NCBI GenBank assembly: GCA_965223345.1
Contig: CBDCWG010000012.1
Coordinates: 128,001-192,000, forward strand
Direction of reading: 5' to 3'
DNA length: 64,000 nucleotides
DNA from: Nitrospinales bacterium
GTDB taxonomy: Bacteria > Nitrospinota > Nitrospinia > Nitrospinales > VA-1
The position numbers and the translations under genes were made by a program. The notes beneath the pieces are model-generated. The model did not search any database. It was not told the DNA's origin and saw nothing but the letters and a program-made list of their open reading frames with translations. The number at the start of each line of letters is the position of its first letter. Position 1 is the first letter of the stretch. Below, piece after piece: positions 27,454-37,907 of this stretch.

Positions 27454-29001
27454 TCACATTTTGAACTCGAAGCCCAGCTGGATGATGTTCTCGTCGAAGT
27501 TGGAACTCGCCTGGTTGGAATCGCTGTTGATGTACTGGTAGTCCAGCTTGAGGTCCAGACGCTTCATGATTTCCTGCGACAGGCCCATCTTCAGATAGAG
27601 TCTTTGATCCTCCCGCGGCGTTCCGATGTCGGGAGTCAGGTTGTCGTAATCGCGCAGCTGGTATTCCACGGCCATGCCGAAGCGCGCCTGCCGGAACACG
27701 GGCACTTGGTAGCGCACGGAAAACTGGTGACCGAGGAAGTCGAACTCTTCGTCCTTGGCGCTTTCCGACTCCAACCGGTATCCCATGGACACGTAGGACT
27801 GGCGGCCGTTGAAAAACAGGAAATGATCGACGCCGACGCCGTGGTTCACCGCATCGCGACGGTCGTCGGTGAAGTATTTTTTGTCCTGAAAGCTGTACTG
27901 GAAAAACGTGTAGGAGTTGTTCAGCAGCGAAAGTCCGATTCCCGGGTTGAGGTTGTGGATGCCGAGAAACCGGTCCTCATCCAGCGTACTGACCGTGTAG
28001 CTGTAGTTGCTGTTGAAGTCGAAGCGTCCGATCTTCCTTCCGCCGCCCAGGTTGAAGCGGTGCAACTCCAGATCCAGATCCTGCCTGTCCTGATACAGCT
28101 GCTGGAACAGGCCGTACCCGGTGTCCGGCGCGATATCGCGGTTTTCAAAGTAGTCGTAGCTGCCCTTCAAACCCGCAAGCCAGGAGGCCTGTTTCGAGGG
28201 ACCGGGCACGAGCGGATTGTCGTCGCTCACAGGAGCGGGGCTGTCGGTGAAGGAAAAGCCGAAACTGGTGCCGAGCGTCCGCCGCCGGCTGCTCTCGACC
28301 GTGCGTTCTTCGAGAATGTCGAGAAACTGTTCGGAGTTCCTCGCCGTCTCGCTGCGCGGATCGACGCGCATGGCCAGCGCGAAAGTGTCTCTCGCCTTGC
28401 GGCTTTCACCCATCTTGTGGTTGTTCAGGCCGATGTTGAAAAGCGCAAGCTGGTTGAATTCCCGGTCCTGCCCCATCGCCTCGCGAAAGTAGGCGTTGGA
28501 TTTGGCGTAGTCGCCCTTGCGCTGAAACAGCAGGCCGGAGAAAAAATTGGCCGGGCTGTTTTCGGGGTCGTTTTTCAACACGCTGGAAAAATGGTGCAGC
28601 GCCAGGTTGTATTTTTTCAGGTTGTAGTATGCGATGCCGATGCTCAGGTGCGCTTCCGAGAAATACGGATCGAGCTGGATGGCTTTGTTGAAGTACTGGA
28701 TGGCGCGGTGGTAGCGCTGCAGCTTGCTGAGCTTCAAACCGATCTGATAATGCCCCAACGGAGAGGTGGGTTCTTTCGAACGGTTCAGGCGGGCGTGGCG
28801 GTTCGCAGGCAGCTTGGCGATGGGGCCTGAAGATGCGGCCTTGTAACTGGAAGCGAGATCGAAACGCTCCGCCGCAGCCGTCTGGGGCACCCAGAGGCAA
28901 AGAGCCAGCACAAGCGATCGCAGTATCCAGTTGACGTTTGCTTTCAAGAGAATGCCCATCCGGTAATTACTTGTTATTGTAATCAAGCACTCCATCCCCA
29001 A
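27454..29001 (-). CDS. TPR-repeat outer-membrane beta-barrel protein (NsrA/Slam-like architecture)
   Basis: Signal peptide, TPRs (AIQYFNKAIQLDPYFSEAHLSIGIAY), aromatic amphipathic strands ending QLGFEFKM; true start may be 28959. Confidence 0.75.
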   Translation of the reverse strand: MGMECLITITSNYRMGILLKANVNWILRSLVLALCLWVPQTAAAERFDLASSYKAASSGPIAKLPANRHARLNRSKEPTSPLGHYQIGLKLSKLQRYHRAIQYFNKAIQLDPYFSEAHLSIGIAYYNLKKYNLALHHFSSVLKNDPENSPANFFSGLLFQRKGDYAKSNAYFREAMGQDREFNQLALFNIGLNNHKMGESRKARDTFALAMRVDPRSETARNSEQFLDILEERTVESSRRRTLGTSFGFSFTDSPAPVSDDNPLVPGPSKQASWLAGLKGSYDYFENRDIAPDTGYGLFQQLYQDRQDLDLELHRFNLGGGRKIGRFDFNSNYSYTVSTLDEDRFLGIHNLNPGIGLSLLNNSYTFFQYSFQDKKYFTDDRRDAVNHGVGVDHFLFFNGRQSYVSMGYRLESESAKDEEFDFLGHQFSVRYQVPVFRQARFGMAVEYQLRDYDNLTPDIGTPREDQRLYLKMGLSQEIMKRLDLKLDYQYINSDSNQASSNFDENIIQLGFEFKM

Positions 29002-29210
29002 GTCGATGGAATTATACTTGGTTTCCAGTGAGATTCAACCTCTAAGTCGCGCCCTTTTAACTCTATAAAATTCATAGCCTTGCAGACCGGTTTTCACGGA
29101 CTTTGCGGACGCTGAATTCGGCTTTGTTACGAGGACTGATATTGCGTTTCGGATGCCCGATGTAAATGTTTGCAAAAACTGACATAAGCCGTGTCCCCGT
29201 CCTCGCTTCC

Positions 29211-29250
29211 AATGTTGTTTGAATCACACTTTTTTGTGACTCGAATCCTT
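29211..29250. promoter_or_regulatory. Putative tandem CRP-like sites
   Basis: aaTGTTG-N6-TCACActt (29213-29228) followed by TGTGA-N6-TCctt (29235-29250). Confidence 0.4.
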
Positions 29251-29851
29251 GTCCTACCCCGCTTGAGGTACTATCTTGGGGCTACGATCGATAGCGCGGC
29301 GACGGCGACGACGAGCCCCGCAATCGACTGACAAACAAACAGATCCCGCAAACGGGATTCACGAATAATAGGTCCGCCAGCAAAGTTTAATCTCCAAACT
29401 TTGTCTCCGGTTATTGACCAGATAACCTCCCTCCTTTTCCGGCCATTTGGTCAATAACCGGACGCGGGCCTCTTTTTTTGATCCACCCCGGCTCCCCCAC
29501 CCGGCCGGGTGGCGGGAACGCTGATTCGGCTGTAAACTATCGGATACACGGACCGACGTATCATCAGCGGCCGATCGATCCCAAACACGGCAAAAACAAG
29601 GTCGAATCATTTGCGCCGCAATGGTCCGATAATTGCTCCTCTTTTTTCAGGTCCCGGCTTTCCGGGACGCCAGAATGGCAGAACGGTTGATTTTCTGTAA
29701 ATAGCCGAATCGGCTGGGATTTTTTGTCCTAATACCCGATTCAGGTCACATATAAATATTAACAAAAATTTATAAAAATTATAACTAAAATCACTTAAAT
29801 GCTGCGAATACTGTGCTAGTATTGGTCCCAAATTAAATTCCGTAGGAGGCC

Positions 29852-30637
29852 ATGATGACCCGTTTCGCGTCTGTTTTCATCTCGTTGTGTTTTTTGCTGT
29901 CCTGCGCGCATCCCCCCGATCCGTCCATCGGCTCAAGCGCCGGGACGAACGCCCCGATCGTTGAAGAAGCGGGACTTTTTTCATCCTCCTCCGGGGTTTC
30001 CAACCAGGAGTCCCTGCTGAACGAAGCGATCCAGCTCTTGAACGGCATGATCCATTCCCCCAACCGCACCGTGAATCAGGAAATGCTGGCGCACGCCAAG
30101 GGCATCGCGCTGTTTCCCCTGGTGGTGGAGGAGGAATACACCAGCAAGGCGGCGTTCGGCAACGGGGTCGTGTCTCTGCGCTCGCAGGACACCGGGGAAT
30201 GGGGGCCGCCGGTGTTTCACAAGCTGATGGGCGTCACCTTCGGCCAGTGGGCGGGGCTCACGGCCTGGGACATGGTGTTCGTGGTGGTGTCGGATAAGGG
30301 CCGCAGCGCGCTGACCCGGCCGGCCTACCAGTTCGGTCAGGAAGTCAGCACGGCGTATGGGCCGGTCGAGCTGCACGCCAAAACCATCCGCCCGTATCTC
30401 AGCAAACGGGATCTGTACGTCTACTCCCGCTCGCAGGGGGCGTTTGTGGGGATTTCACCGGGCGGCGGGATGATCAACAACCTGGACGGGTTCAACAAGA
30501 GCTTCTACGGCGATGGCTACACGTCCCAGGAAATCCTGACGCAGCAGAAGGAAATTCCGCTTCCACCTGCCGCGAAAAAATTCATGGAAGAGCTGAACCG
30601 CCTGGCTCCCAAAGGAAGCAACAAAAGCGAGACCTGA
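29852..30637 (+). CDS. Ysc84/SYLF lipid-binding domain lipoprotein
   Basis: Lipobox LLSC; AKGIALFP, GNGVVSLR…WGPPVF and YVYSRSQGAFVGIS. Confidence 0.82.
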   Translation: MMTRFASVFISLCFLLSCAHPPDPSIGSSAGTNAPIVEEAGLFSSSSGVSNQESLLNEAIQLLNGMIHSPNRTVNQEMLAHAKGIALFPLVVEEEYTSKAAFGNGVVSLRSQDTGEWGPPVFHKLMGVTFGQWAGLTAWDMVFVVVSDKGRSALTRPAYQFGQEVSTAYGPVELHAKTIRPYLSKRDLYVYSRSQGAFVGISPGGGMINNLDGFNKSFYGDGYTSQEILTQQKEIPLPPAAKKFMEELNRLAPKGSNKSET

Positions 30638-30658
30638 TTTTTTCTTAGATCAAACGCA

Positions 30659-30693
30659 GAAAGCCGGCCCGGAAACTCCGGGGCCGGCTTTTT
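30659..30693. terminator. Bidirectional intrinsic terminator between convergent genes
   Basis: aagccggcccgga-aac-tccggggccggctttt. Confidence 0.8.
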
Positions 30694-30723
30694 GTGTGTG
30701 TGAAGATGTGTAGTTGCGGCCGG

Positions 30724-31512
30724 TCAATTGGGAATGATGTTGATGAACTTCAGGTTCGGCAGCGTCGCGGATTTTTCGATCGCCTGGGCGGCGTCCACAT
30801 CGATCGGGTTGCCCACCGCTTCCAGGCTTTCCAGGCTTTTCAGGTTTTCCGATTGCAAAATGGCCTGCATGCCCTCGGGGCCGATCTGGTTTCTGTAGAT
30901 ATCGAGTTGCTTCAGGTTGCCGAGATTCGGCGAGGCCGCGATCGCTTTGGCGCCCGCGTCGCCGATCCCGTTGCCGTCCACGCTCAACAGGGTGAGCCCG
31001 GCGATATTGGGGGACTGCATGAGCGCGATCAGGCCTTCATCGCCGATGCCGTTGCGGGTGAGTTTGAGTTCTTTCAGATTCGAAAGATTCGGCGAGGCCG
31101 CGATCGCTTTCGCGCCTTCCGCGGTGATGCCGTTGCCCCACAGGTTGAGCAGCTCGACGTGCTGAAAGGTCTGCGACTCCGCCAGGATCTTCACGCCTTC
31201 ATCGCCCAGCTTGTTGCCAAGCAGGGCCAGGGACACGACCTGATCGAGCGCGGGGGTCGCCGCCAGGATGGTCATGCCTTTGACGCCGATCTGCGATCCG
31301 TTGAGGTTGATGCCCTTGCCGTCCGGGCTGGTGCGCTGCTGGATGTGCTTGGGAATGTCCGCAGGCGGTCCCTTGGGCCGGCCGTAACCGTGATGCCCGC
31401 CGCCGCGTTTTCCGCCTTTGCCGCCATGGCTGCCGGGATCTTTGGCCGGGCTGACTTCGGCGATGAAAAACACCAGCGCCAGCGGCACCGCTACCTTCAA
31501 AAAATTTCGCAT
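30724..31512 (-). CDS. Secreted leucine-rich repeat protein (RNI/GALA-like LRRs)
   Basis: Signal peptide; repeats LxLxxNxIGDEGxxALA. Confidence 0.85.
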   Translation of the reverse strand: MRNFLKVAVPLALVFFIAEVSPAKDPGSHGGKGGKRGGGHHGYGRPKGPPADIPKHIQQRTSPDGKGINLNGSQIGVKGMTILAATPALDQVVSLALLGNKLGDEGVKILAESQTFQHVELLNLWGNGITAEGAKAIAASPNLSNLKELKLTRNGIGDEGLIALMQSPNIAGLTLLSVDGNGIGDAGAKAIAASPNLGNLKQLDIYRNQIGPEGMQAILQSENLKSLESLEAVGNPIDVDAAQAIEKSATLPNLKFINIIPN

Positions 31513-31516
31513 CGTT

Positions 31517-32347
31517 TCACTCTCCAGATTGGGGTCTCAGGACACAACGGAACCCGATGTACTTGTGGCGCTGATCGGGAATGGCCTTGCCGCGAATCGG
31601 CGATCGGGCCAGGTCCATATTGGAATGCCAGGACCCTCCTTTGATGACTTTCAATTCCGTTCCGTACATATCGTTTTCGTGCTGGTTGCCCTCGTAGGGC
31701 AGGTACCAGTCCGTGGTCCATTCGAAGGTGTTCCCGGCCAGGTCCGAGATGCCGTAAGGGCTGTCGCCTTCCGGGATGCTTCCCACCGGAGCGGGATAGC
31801 GGTATCCGTCGTCCATGCCGCGCACGTTGGAAAGGATCGGGTCGTTCTCGTTGCCCCAGGGGTAATACCGCCCGTCGCTGCCGCGCGCGGCCTTCTCCCA
31901 TTCCTCTTCGGTGGGCAGCCGCTTGCCTTTCCATTTGCAGTATTCCACCGCTTCCTGCCAGGTGATGCCGACCACCGGCTGCTTGGGCTTGCTGAACTGG
32001 GGGTTGTCCCAGAATTTCGGTTCGCGGCCGGGGACCGCCTCGAGAAACCGCTGGTACTGCTCGTTGGTCACCTCGTATTTGTCCATGTAGAACGCGCCGA
32101 GGTACACCCTGCGCTGCGGCGTCTCGTCCAGGTACCACTCCCTCGATTCGGAAAAAAACGTCTTCACCACCCAGTCGATGTCGGCGTCGCTGCTGCCCAT
32201 GGTGAACACGCCGTCGGGCACCAGCACCATGTCCTCGGGCGGACCGGCGGCATCGGGAACGGCGGCGTTCGCATTCAATGCGCCGCACAACAGCGCAGCG
32301 AGCGCCCAACTCACTATCTTTCGTCCTGTTCGTTTCACGCCCCGCAC
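31517..32347 (-). CDS. FGE-sulfatase (SUMF1/EgtB-like) domain exported protein
   Basis: FYMDKYEVTN, RLPTEEEWEKAARG, DLAGNTFEW, IGFRC. Confidence 0.88.
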   Translation of the reverse strand: MRGVKRTGRKIVSWALAALLCGALNANAAVPDAAGPPEDMVLVPDGVFTMGSSDADIDWVVKTFFSESREWYLDETPQRRVYLGAFYMDKYEVTNEQYQRFLEAVPGREPKFWDNPQFSKPKQPVVGITWQEAVEYCKWKGKRLPTEEEWEKAARGSDGRYYPWGNENDPILSNVRGMDDGYRYPAPVGSIPEGDSPYGISDLAGNTFEWTTDWYLPYEGNQHENDMYGTELKVIKGGSWHSNMDLARSPIRGKAIPDQRHKYIGFRCVLRPQSGE

Positions 32348-32368
32348 CTGGAATCCACTCTCCCGCTG

Positions 32369-32932
32369 TTAATTCGGTATCATTCCCGCCTGACGGGCGT
32401 ATTCGAAAATATTGCCGGCGCTGACGATGTCCGCGACCTCTCCCAACGACTTGAGAGAATAAATTTTCTGCGTGCTGTTGTTGGTCAGCGTTTCGGCTTT
32501 CAGGTCGATGGTCAATGCGTCGCCGGTCTTGATTTCCTCCACGAGCCGCTTTTCCGATTCGAAGGGAATGAAAAACCCGCCGTCCACCGAGTTGCGGTAA
32601 AAAATCCGCGCGTACGATTCGGCCACCACCGCTTTGATCCCGGCGATCTTGAGGCAGGCGGGCGCGTGCTCGCGCGAGGAGCCGCAGCCGAAGTTTCTGC
32701 CGCCGATGATGATCTTGTATTCGGATTCGAAGCGGCCCTCATCCACGAACGGACGGTTGCCCCCGGGAAGCCCGGCGGCGTCTGTGGGGACGCCGGACAG
32801 GGCGAACTTGCCGTAGTTTTTTTTCTCTTCCGGATCGCTGAGGCTGTACACCAGGTGCTCTGCGGGAATGATCTGATCGGTGTCGATGTCGTTTCCCAGC
32901 ACGTAGGCGCGCCCTTCGATTTTCGTTTCCAT
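32369..32932 (-). CDS. leuD: 3-isopropylmalate dehydratase/homoaconitase small subunit
   Basis: DIDTDQIIPA, NFGCGSSREHAP, AESYARIFYRN. Confidence 0.9.
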   Translation of the reverse strand: METKIEGRAYVLGNDIDTDQIIPAEHLVYSLSDPEEKKNYGKFALSGVPTDAAGLPGGNRPFVDEGRFESEYKIIIGGRNFGCGSSREHAPACLKIAGIKAVVAESYARIFYRNSVDGGFFIPFESEKRLVEEIKTGDALTIDLKAETLTNNSTQKIYSLKSLGEVADIVSAGNIFEYARQAGMIPN

Positions 32933-32950
32933 GTCTTTCCTTTTACCGGT

Positions 32951-34252
32951 TCAGTTGTTCAAGAATTCCCGCGGATCGGTGATGCGCCCCGTCAACGCGG
33001 ACGCCGCGGCGGTGTAGGGCGAAGCCAGGTACACGTGCGCCTGTTTCGATCCCATCCTGCCGGGGAAATTGCGGTTGGTGGTGGAGATCACCACTTCGCT
33101 GCCGTTGGTGCGCCCGAACGTGTCCTTGGGGCCGCCCAGGCAGGCGGCGCAGGAGGGCTCGCCGAGCATCGCGCCGGCTTCCTTGAAGATGTTGACCAGC
33201 GGCTCGCCGTTGATGGTTTCGGTGTGCAGGTCGGCTTCGACTTCGCGGGTGGCCGGAACGATGAAGGTATCGATCTTGACCTTCTTGCCTTTGAGCAGTT
33301 TCGCCGCCGCCACAAAGTCGGTGAGCTTGCCGCCGGTGCAGGAGCCGATGTAGGAACGGTCGAGCTTGACGTCGCGGCATTCCCCGACCACGGCCTTGTT
33401 GTCGGGCGAATGCGGCTTGGCGACGATGGGCTCCATCTTGGCCGCATCGTAGGTCTTTTTGAAATAATAGTCCGCGTCGGCATCGGATTCGTACAGCGTG
33501 CAGGGCTTGTCCGTGCGCTGCTTGACGTAATCGAGGGTCACGTCGTCGGCCTGGATGACGGCGTTCTTGCCGCCGGCTTCGATCGCCATGTTGCACAGCG
33601 TCATGCGCTCTTCCATGGAGAACTTCATGACGGCGTCGCCCGCCCACTCCATCGCGCGGTAGGTCGCCCCGTCCACGCTGATGTCGCCGATCACCTGCAA
33701 GAGGATGTCTTTCGCCATGATGTATTCGGGAAACGTGCCGGTGAACTCGAAGCGCATCGACTCGGGCACCTTGACCCAGAGCTTGCCGGTGCCGAGGATG
33801 AACGCCGCGTCGGTGTTGCCGATGCCGGCGGAGAACATGCCGAACGCGCCGGATGTGGTGCTGTGCGAATCGGTGCCGAACAATACTTCGCCGGGCCGGT
33901 TGTGGCCTTCCTGGGCGAGGGCGATGTGACACACGCCTTTGTAGTTTTCGGTGCCGACGTCGTAGTAGTAGGGCAGCTGCTGTTCCTTGACGAAGCCGCG
34001 GATGATTTCGATGTTGCGGTTGGCGTGGGTGTCGGCGGTGAACACGAAATGGTCCGGGATGATCACGACTTTTTCCGGATCCCAGACTTTGGCGTTCTCG
34101 CCGAACTGCTCTTTGAAAATCGCGATGGTGCCCGGCCCGCAGACGTCGTGGGTCATCAGCACATCGACATCCACCCAGATATTGTCTCCCGGCCGCACGC
34201 TGTCTTTTCCCGCGTGCGCGGCCAGTATTTTTTCAGTGATCGTCATCCCCAT
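32951..34252 (-). CDS. leuC: 3-isopropylmalate dehydratase/homoaconitase large subunit (LeuC/HacA type 2)
   Basis: DHF, GVCH, GTDSHST, IGSCTGG, CAACLG, STTNRNFPGRMG. Confidence 0.9.
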   Translation of the reverse strand: MGMTITEKILAAHAGKDSVRPGDNIWVDVDVLMTHDVCGPGTIAIFKEQFGENAKVWDPEKVVIIPDHFVFTADTHANRNIEIIRGFVKEQQLPYYYDVGTENYKGVCHIALAQEGHNRPGEVLFGTDSHSTTSGAFGMFSAGIGNTDAAFILGTGKLWVKVPESMRFEFTGTFPEYIMAKDILLQVIGDISVDGATYRAMEWAGDAVMKFSMEERMTLCNMAIEAGGKNAVIQADDVTLDYVKQRTDKPCTLYESDADADYYFKKTYDAAKMEPIVAKPHSPDNKAVVGECRDVKLDRSYIGSCTGGKLTDFVAAAKLLKGKKVKIDTFIVPATREVEADLHTETINGEPLVNIFKEAGAMLGEPSCAACLGGPKDTFGRTNGSEVVISTTNRNFPGRMGSKQAHVYLASPYTAAASALTGRITDPREFLNN

Positions 34253-34536
34253 GTCGGTCCTCTCCTCCCGGATTTCGGCGGGTCAATCGAAATAGTGTGC
34301 TCACGCGGTTTGGAAAGCCGCCCCCAAACCGGAGGTCGTTTGCGTCGCCGCTTCCCGTGATGCAGCTCACAGGCGGCGGGCTTCAGTTTTCCCGGAATCG
34401 TCCGTAAAGTTTATAAAATACCACTTTATCCCCGGGGGACGAATAAAATTTTGAAATTGATGGATTTTCAGAACTGGGAACCGCACCCCCTCTTCCCCAT
34501 TCCTATGGCCGCCCCGCGCCGCCCCCTTTTTCAGCC

Positions 34537-35532
34537 ATGCTGAACCTGGCCCTGGAGACCTTCGACCGGCTGCGCTACCGGCTGCCGGAAAAACCGAAAA
34601 ACGTGCAGATCGAGGTCACGAACCGCTGCAACATGGACTGCCCGATGTGCCCGCGCGAGGACCTCGACATCCACCTGGAACACATGCAATGGGACACCTT
34701 CACCGAGGTGGTGGACCGGCTGGTGGACCGGGAACCGCTGACGCTCACGGGGTGGGGGGAGCCGTTTCTGCATCCCAGGATCTTCGAGATGATCGCCTAC
34801 TGCAAGGTGCGCGGCCACCGGGTGCTGATCACCTCCAACGGCCTGTTCAGCAAGCCGGAGATCCTCGAGAACATCCTGCAATCGGACCTGGACGTGCTGA
34901 CGTTCTCGCTCGACAGCGTCGAGGGCAACGCCAATGTGGAGCACGGCCACACCAACGCCGCCGTGAACCGCAACATCGAGGCGCTGGCGGCCCGGCGCGA
35001 CCCTAGCCGGCTTTCCCTGCGGCTGCAGGCGACGCTGCACGCCGGCTGCGAGAACGACCTGTACGAAGTCATCCGCTTCGCCGGGCGCATCGGCTGCGAG
35101 ACGGTCAACGTCGGGCGGCTGGACAACGCGCACGCGCCGGAGCTGAAACGGCCGGGCCCGGAGGAAGAGCGACGCATTTTCAAGGCCGCGCAACACGTCG
35201 CCAATCAGGCGGGCGTGCAGCTCGACTGGCTGCAGTACGCCGTCTCCAGCGGCCCGACGCGCTGGGTGTACAAGATGCTGCGCAAGCGGCTGCACCGGTC
35301 CGGCAAGTACTGCCTGAAAACCTTTGACAATGCGTACGTGAGCCGCGAAGGCAACGTGACGCCCTGCTGCCTGCTGCCGCAGACGCAGATGGGCAACGTG
35401 CTCGACGAAGACCTCAAGAACATCTGGCAGAGCGCGAAATTCAACGATTTTCGCGAAAACTACCGCGACATCTGCGGCTCCTGCGATCTGTGGACCATCG
35501 TGCAGGTTCCCTCCCCCCCGGCCAAGCAATGA
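34537..35532 (+). CDS. Radical SAM / SPASM(twitch)-domain protein
   Basis: CNMDCPMC, GWGEPFLHP, C-terminal GNVTPCC…CGSC. Confidence 0.88.
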   Translation: MLNLALETFDRLRYRLPEKPKNVQIEVTNRCNMDCPMCPREDLDIHLEHMQWDTFTEVVDRLVDREPLTLTGWGEPFLHPRIFEMIAYCKVRGHRVLITSNGLFSKPEILENILQSDLDVLTFSLDSVEGNANVEHGHTNAAVNRNIEALAARRDPSRLSLRLQATLHAGCENDLYEVIRFAGRIGCETVNVGRLDNAHAPELKRPGPEEERRIFKAAQHVANQAGVQLDWLQYAVSSGPTRWVYKMLRKRLHRSGKYCLKTFDNAYVSREGNVTPCCLLPQTQMGNVLDEDLKNIWQSAKFNDFRENYRDICGSCDLWTIVQVPSPPAKQ

Positions 35533-35745
35533 ACCGCGCCGGAAACGGCGGTCTGGCTCGTTCGGGCGCACGATTCCCGATTTCTCCCCCCTCGCCCGCA
35601 GATCTGTAATAACATTGAAAGCATTGCCCTTTTGATGTAGGGTACGCGATTCGTCTCCACCCCGATTGGCATTTTAAACGCGGTGACGCCCACACCCTGC
35701 CCGGCAGCGGATTCCATGCGGGGGACGGACCGAACCCGACAACCC

Positions 35746-37197
35746 ATGCAAACGACCGAAGACAACTCGCAGATCATCGTCGATCGCCGGCCGCTGTGGA
35801 TCGTGGCCTTCGACCGGCTGCGCCGGCCGCTGTTTCTGACGCTGCTGTTCGTCCTGTTTCTGGTGCTGTTGAACCAGGAGGGCCCGGCGGATCTCTCGCC
35901 CGAAGGCTACCAGGTGCTGTGCGTGTTTTTTCTCTGCGTCAGCCTGTGGTCCACCAACCTGATTCCGCTTTCGGTGACGAGCCTGCTGGCGATTGCGCTG
36001 ATCCCGCTGCTCGGCATCATGCCCGAGTCGGAGGTGTATTCCTTTTTCGGCAACAAGGCGGTGTTCTTCATACTCGGGGTGTTCATCCTGTCGGCGGCGA
36101 TGATCGGCTCGGGCCTGAGCACGCGGCTTTCGATGTGGGTGATGGAGCAGTTCGGCAGCACGCCGCAAAAACTCATCACCTCGATCTACTGCTTCGGCGC
36201 GGTGAGTTCCTGCTTCATGTCCGAACACGCGGTGGCGGCGATGATGTTTCCCATCCTGCTGGAAATCGTGCAGGTGCTGAACCTCAAACGCGGCGGCTCG
36301 CGCTTCGCCAAGGGGCTTTTCTTCGCGATGGCGTGGGGCTGCATCATCGGCGGCGCGATGACCGTGCTGGGTGGCGGCCGCGTGCCGCTGGCGGTGGAGA
36401 TCCTGGAAAAATCCACGGCCGATGCGGCGACGATCGGCATCCTCGAATACACGAAGCTCAGCTTCCCGATGGTGCTCTTGCTGTTCGTGTGCGGCTGGGG
36501 TGTGCTGCGCCTTCTCTACCCCAGCGACCTGAAAGACATCCAGCCGGCGCGCGAGGTGCTGAAGAAAAAATCCCAGGACCTGGGCCTGATGACGTTCAGC
36601 GAAAAAGGCGTGGCGTTCGTGATGGCGCTGACGCTGTTCTTCTGGTTCGCGTACGGCGACACGCTGGGCATCGCCAACATCGCCATCCTCTCCATCGTGG
36701 TGCTGTTCTGGTTCGGCCTGATCAACTGGGGCCTGGTGGAGCCGCACATCAACTGGGCGATCATTCTCATGTACGGCGGCGCCATCTGCCTGGGCGAGGT
36801 CATGTCCTCATCGGGGGCGGCGTTCTGGCTGGCGCGCTTCTTTTTCGAAGGCACGGTGCAATCGCCGATGATCTACCTGCTGTTGCTGGCGCTGGCCTCG
36901 ACCCTGTTCACCACATTCATGAGCAACTCGGCGGTCATCGCCATTCTGCTGCCGCCCGCCATCAGCATGGCCCCGGCGTACGGCCTGAGCCCGGCGCTGG
37001 TTTCGCTGACGGTGGTGCTGCCGAGCAACTTCGCCTTCATCCTGCCGATCGCGACGCCGGCTTCGGCGCTGGCGTATTCCTCGCGCTACATCGGCATCGC
37101 CGACATGGTGCGTGCGGGCACGCTGCTTTCGCTGTTGGGAATGGGATGCTACCTGTTTTTGATCAAAGTGTACTGGCCCTGGATCGGGTTTCAGTGA
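35746..37197 (+). CDS. SLC13/DASS-family sodium:anion symporter
   Basis: Many TM segments; FMSEHA, FMSNSA and ILPIATPASALAY motifs. Confidence 0.85.
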   Translation: MQTTEDNSQIIVDRRPLWIVAFDRLRRPLFLTLLFVLFLVLLNQEGPADLSPEGYQVLCVFFLCVSLWSTNLIPLSVTSLLAIALIPLLGIMPESEVYSFFGNKAVFFILGVFILSAAMIGSGLSTRLSMWVMEQFGSTPQKLITSIYCFGAVSSCFMSEHAVAAMMFPILLEIVQVLNLKRGGSRFAKGLFFAMAWGCIIGGAMTVLGGGRVPLAVEILEKSTADAATIGILEYTKLSFPMVLLLFVCGWGVLRLLYPSDLKDIQPAREVLKKKSQDLGLMTFSEKGVAFVMALTLFFWFAYGDTLGIANIAILSIVVLFWFGLINWGLVEPHINWAIILMYGGAICLGEVMSSSGAAFWLARFFFEGTVQSPMIYLLLLALASTLFTTFMSNSAVIAILLPPAISMAPAYGLSPALVSLTVVLPSNFAFILPIATPASALAYSSRYIGIADMVRAGTLLSLLGMGCYLFLIKVYWPWIGFQ

Positions 37198-37535
37198 GGT
37201 GAGAGTGGCGGGCCCGGGACGGACCTGGAGGGGTAGGCCCGTCCCGAGTGCGCGGAAAGGTGGAAAACTCCGTTTCCAGACTTTTCCAGTTTCAAACCAC
37301 TAGCTTTTGGATTGCCCTTATAAAGAGCAAGTTCGATGCCGGGACGGGCCGCGTTTCAGGGTATATCGCAAACCGCCCCTTATTCAAAGCCAATGCGGGT
37401 GCGGGCGCGGCTGCCCCATTCTCGTTACAATGAAGGTGTATCTTTTTTCATGAAGCGGTAGTACCGATTTCTGCAAATCAAAAGCGCTGATAAACTGCGC
37501 TTTATGACGCACCCCGGTGCACGGGACATTAACCG

Positions 37536-37880
37536 ATGAATTCACAAACCGTTTCCCTGATCCATCCTGTGACCTTGAAAGAACGGCTGGATAAAGGCGA
37601 GGACATCTGCCTGGTGGATGTGCGCGAGGGCTGGGAACATTCGCTCGCCGCCATCCCGGGTTCCGAGCATTTCCCGCTCGGCGAGCTGGCGGACCGGGTG
37701 CAGGAGCTTTTGTACGAGGAAGAGATCGTGGTGTACTGCCATTACGGGCAGCGGTCGCACGTCGGCGCGCAGATCCTCATGGAATCGGGCTTCAAAAAGG
37801 TGCACAACCTGCAAGGCGGCATCGACGCGTGGTCGCAGATCGTCGATCCTTCGGTCCCGCGCTACAAGCCGAATGGGTGA
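37536..37880 (+). CDS. Rhodanese-like protein
   Basis: LVDVRE, VYCHYGQRS, NLQGGIDAWS. Confidence 0.9.
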   Translation: MNSQTVSLIHPVTLKERLDKGEDICLVDVREGWEHSLAAIPGSEHFPLGELADRVQELLYEEEIVVYCHYGQRSHVGAQILMESGFKKVHNLQGGIDAWSQIVDPSVPRYKPNG

Positions 37881-37907
37881 GCGGCGTTTGCCAGCATTAA
37901 CCCAAAT

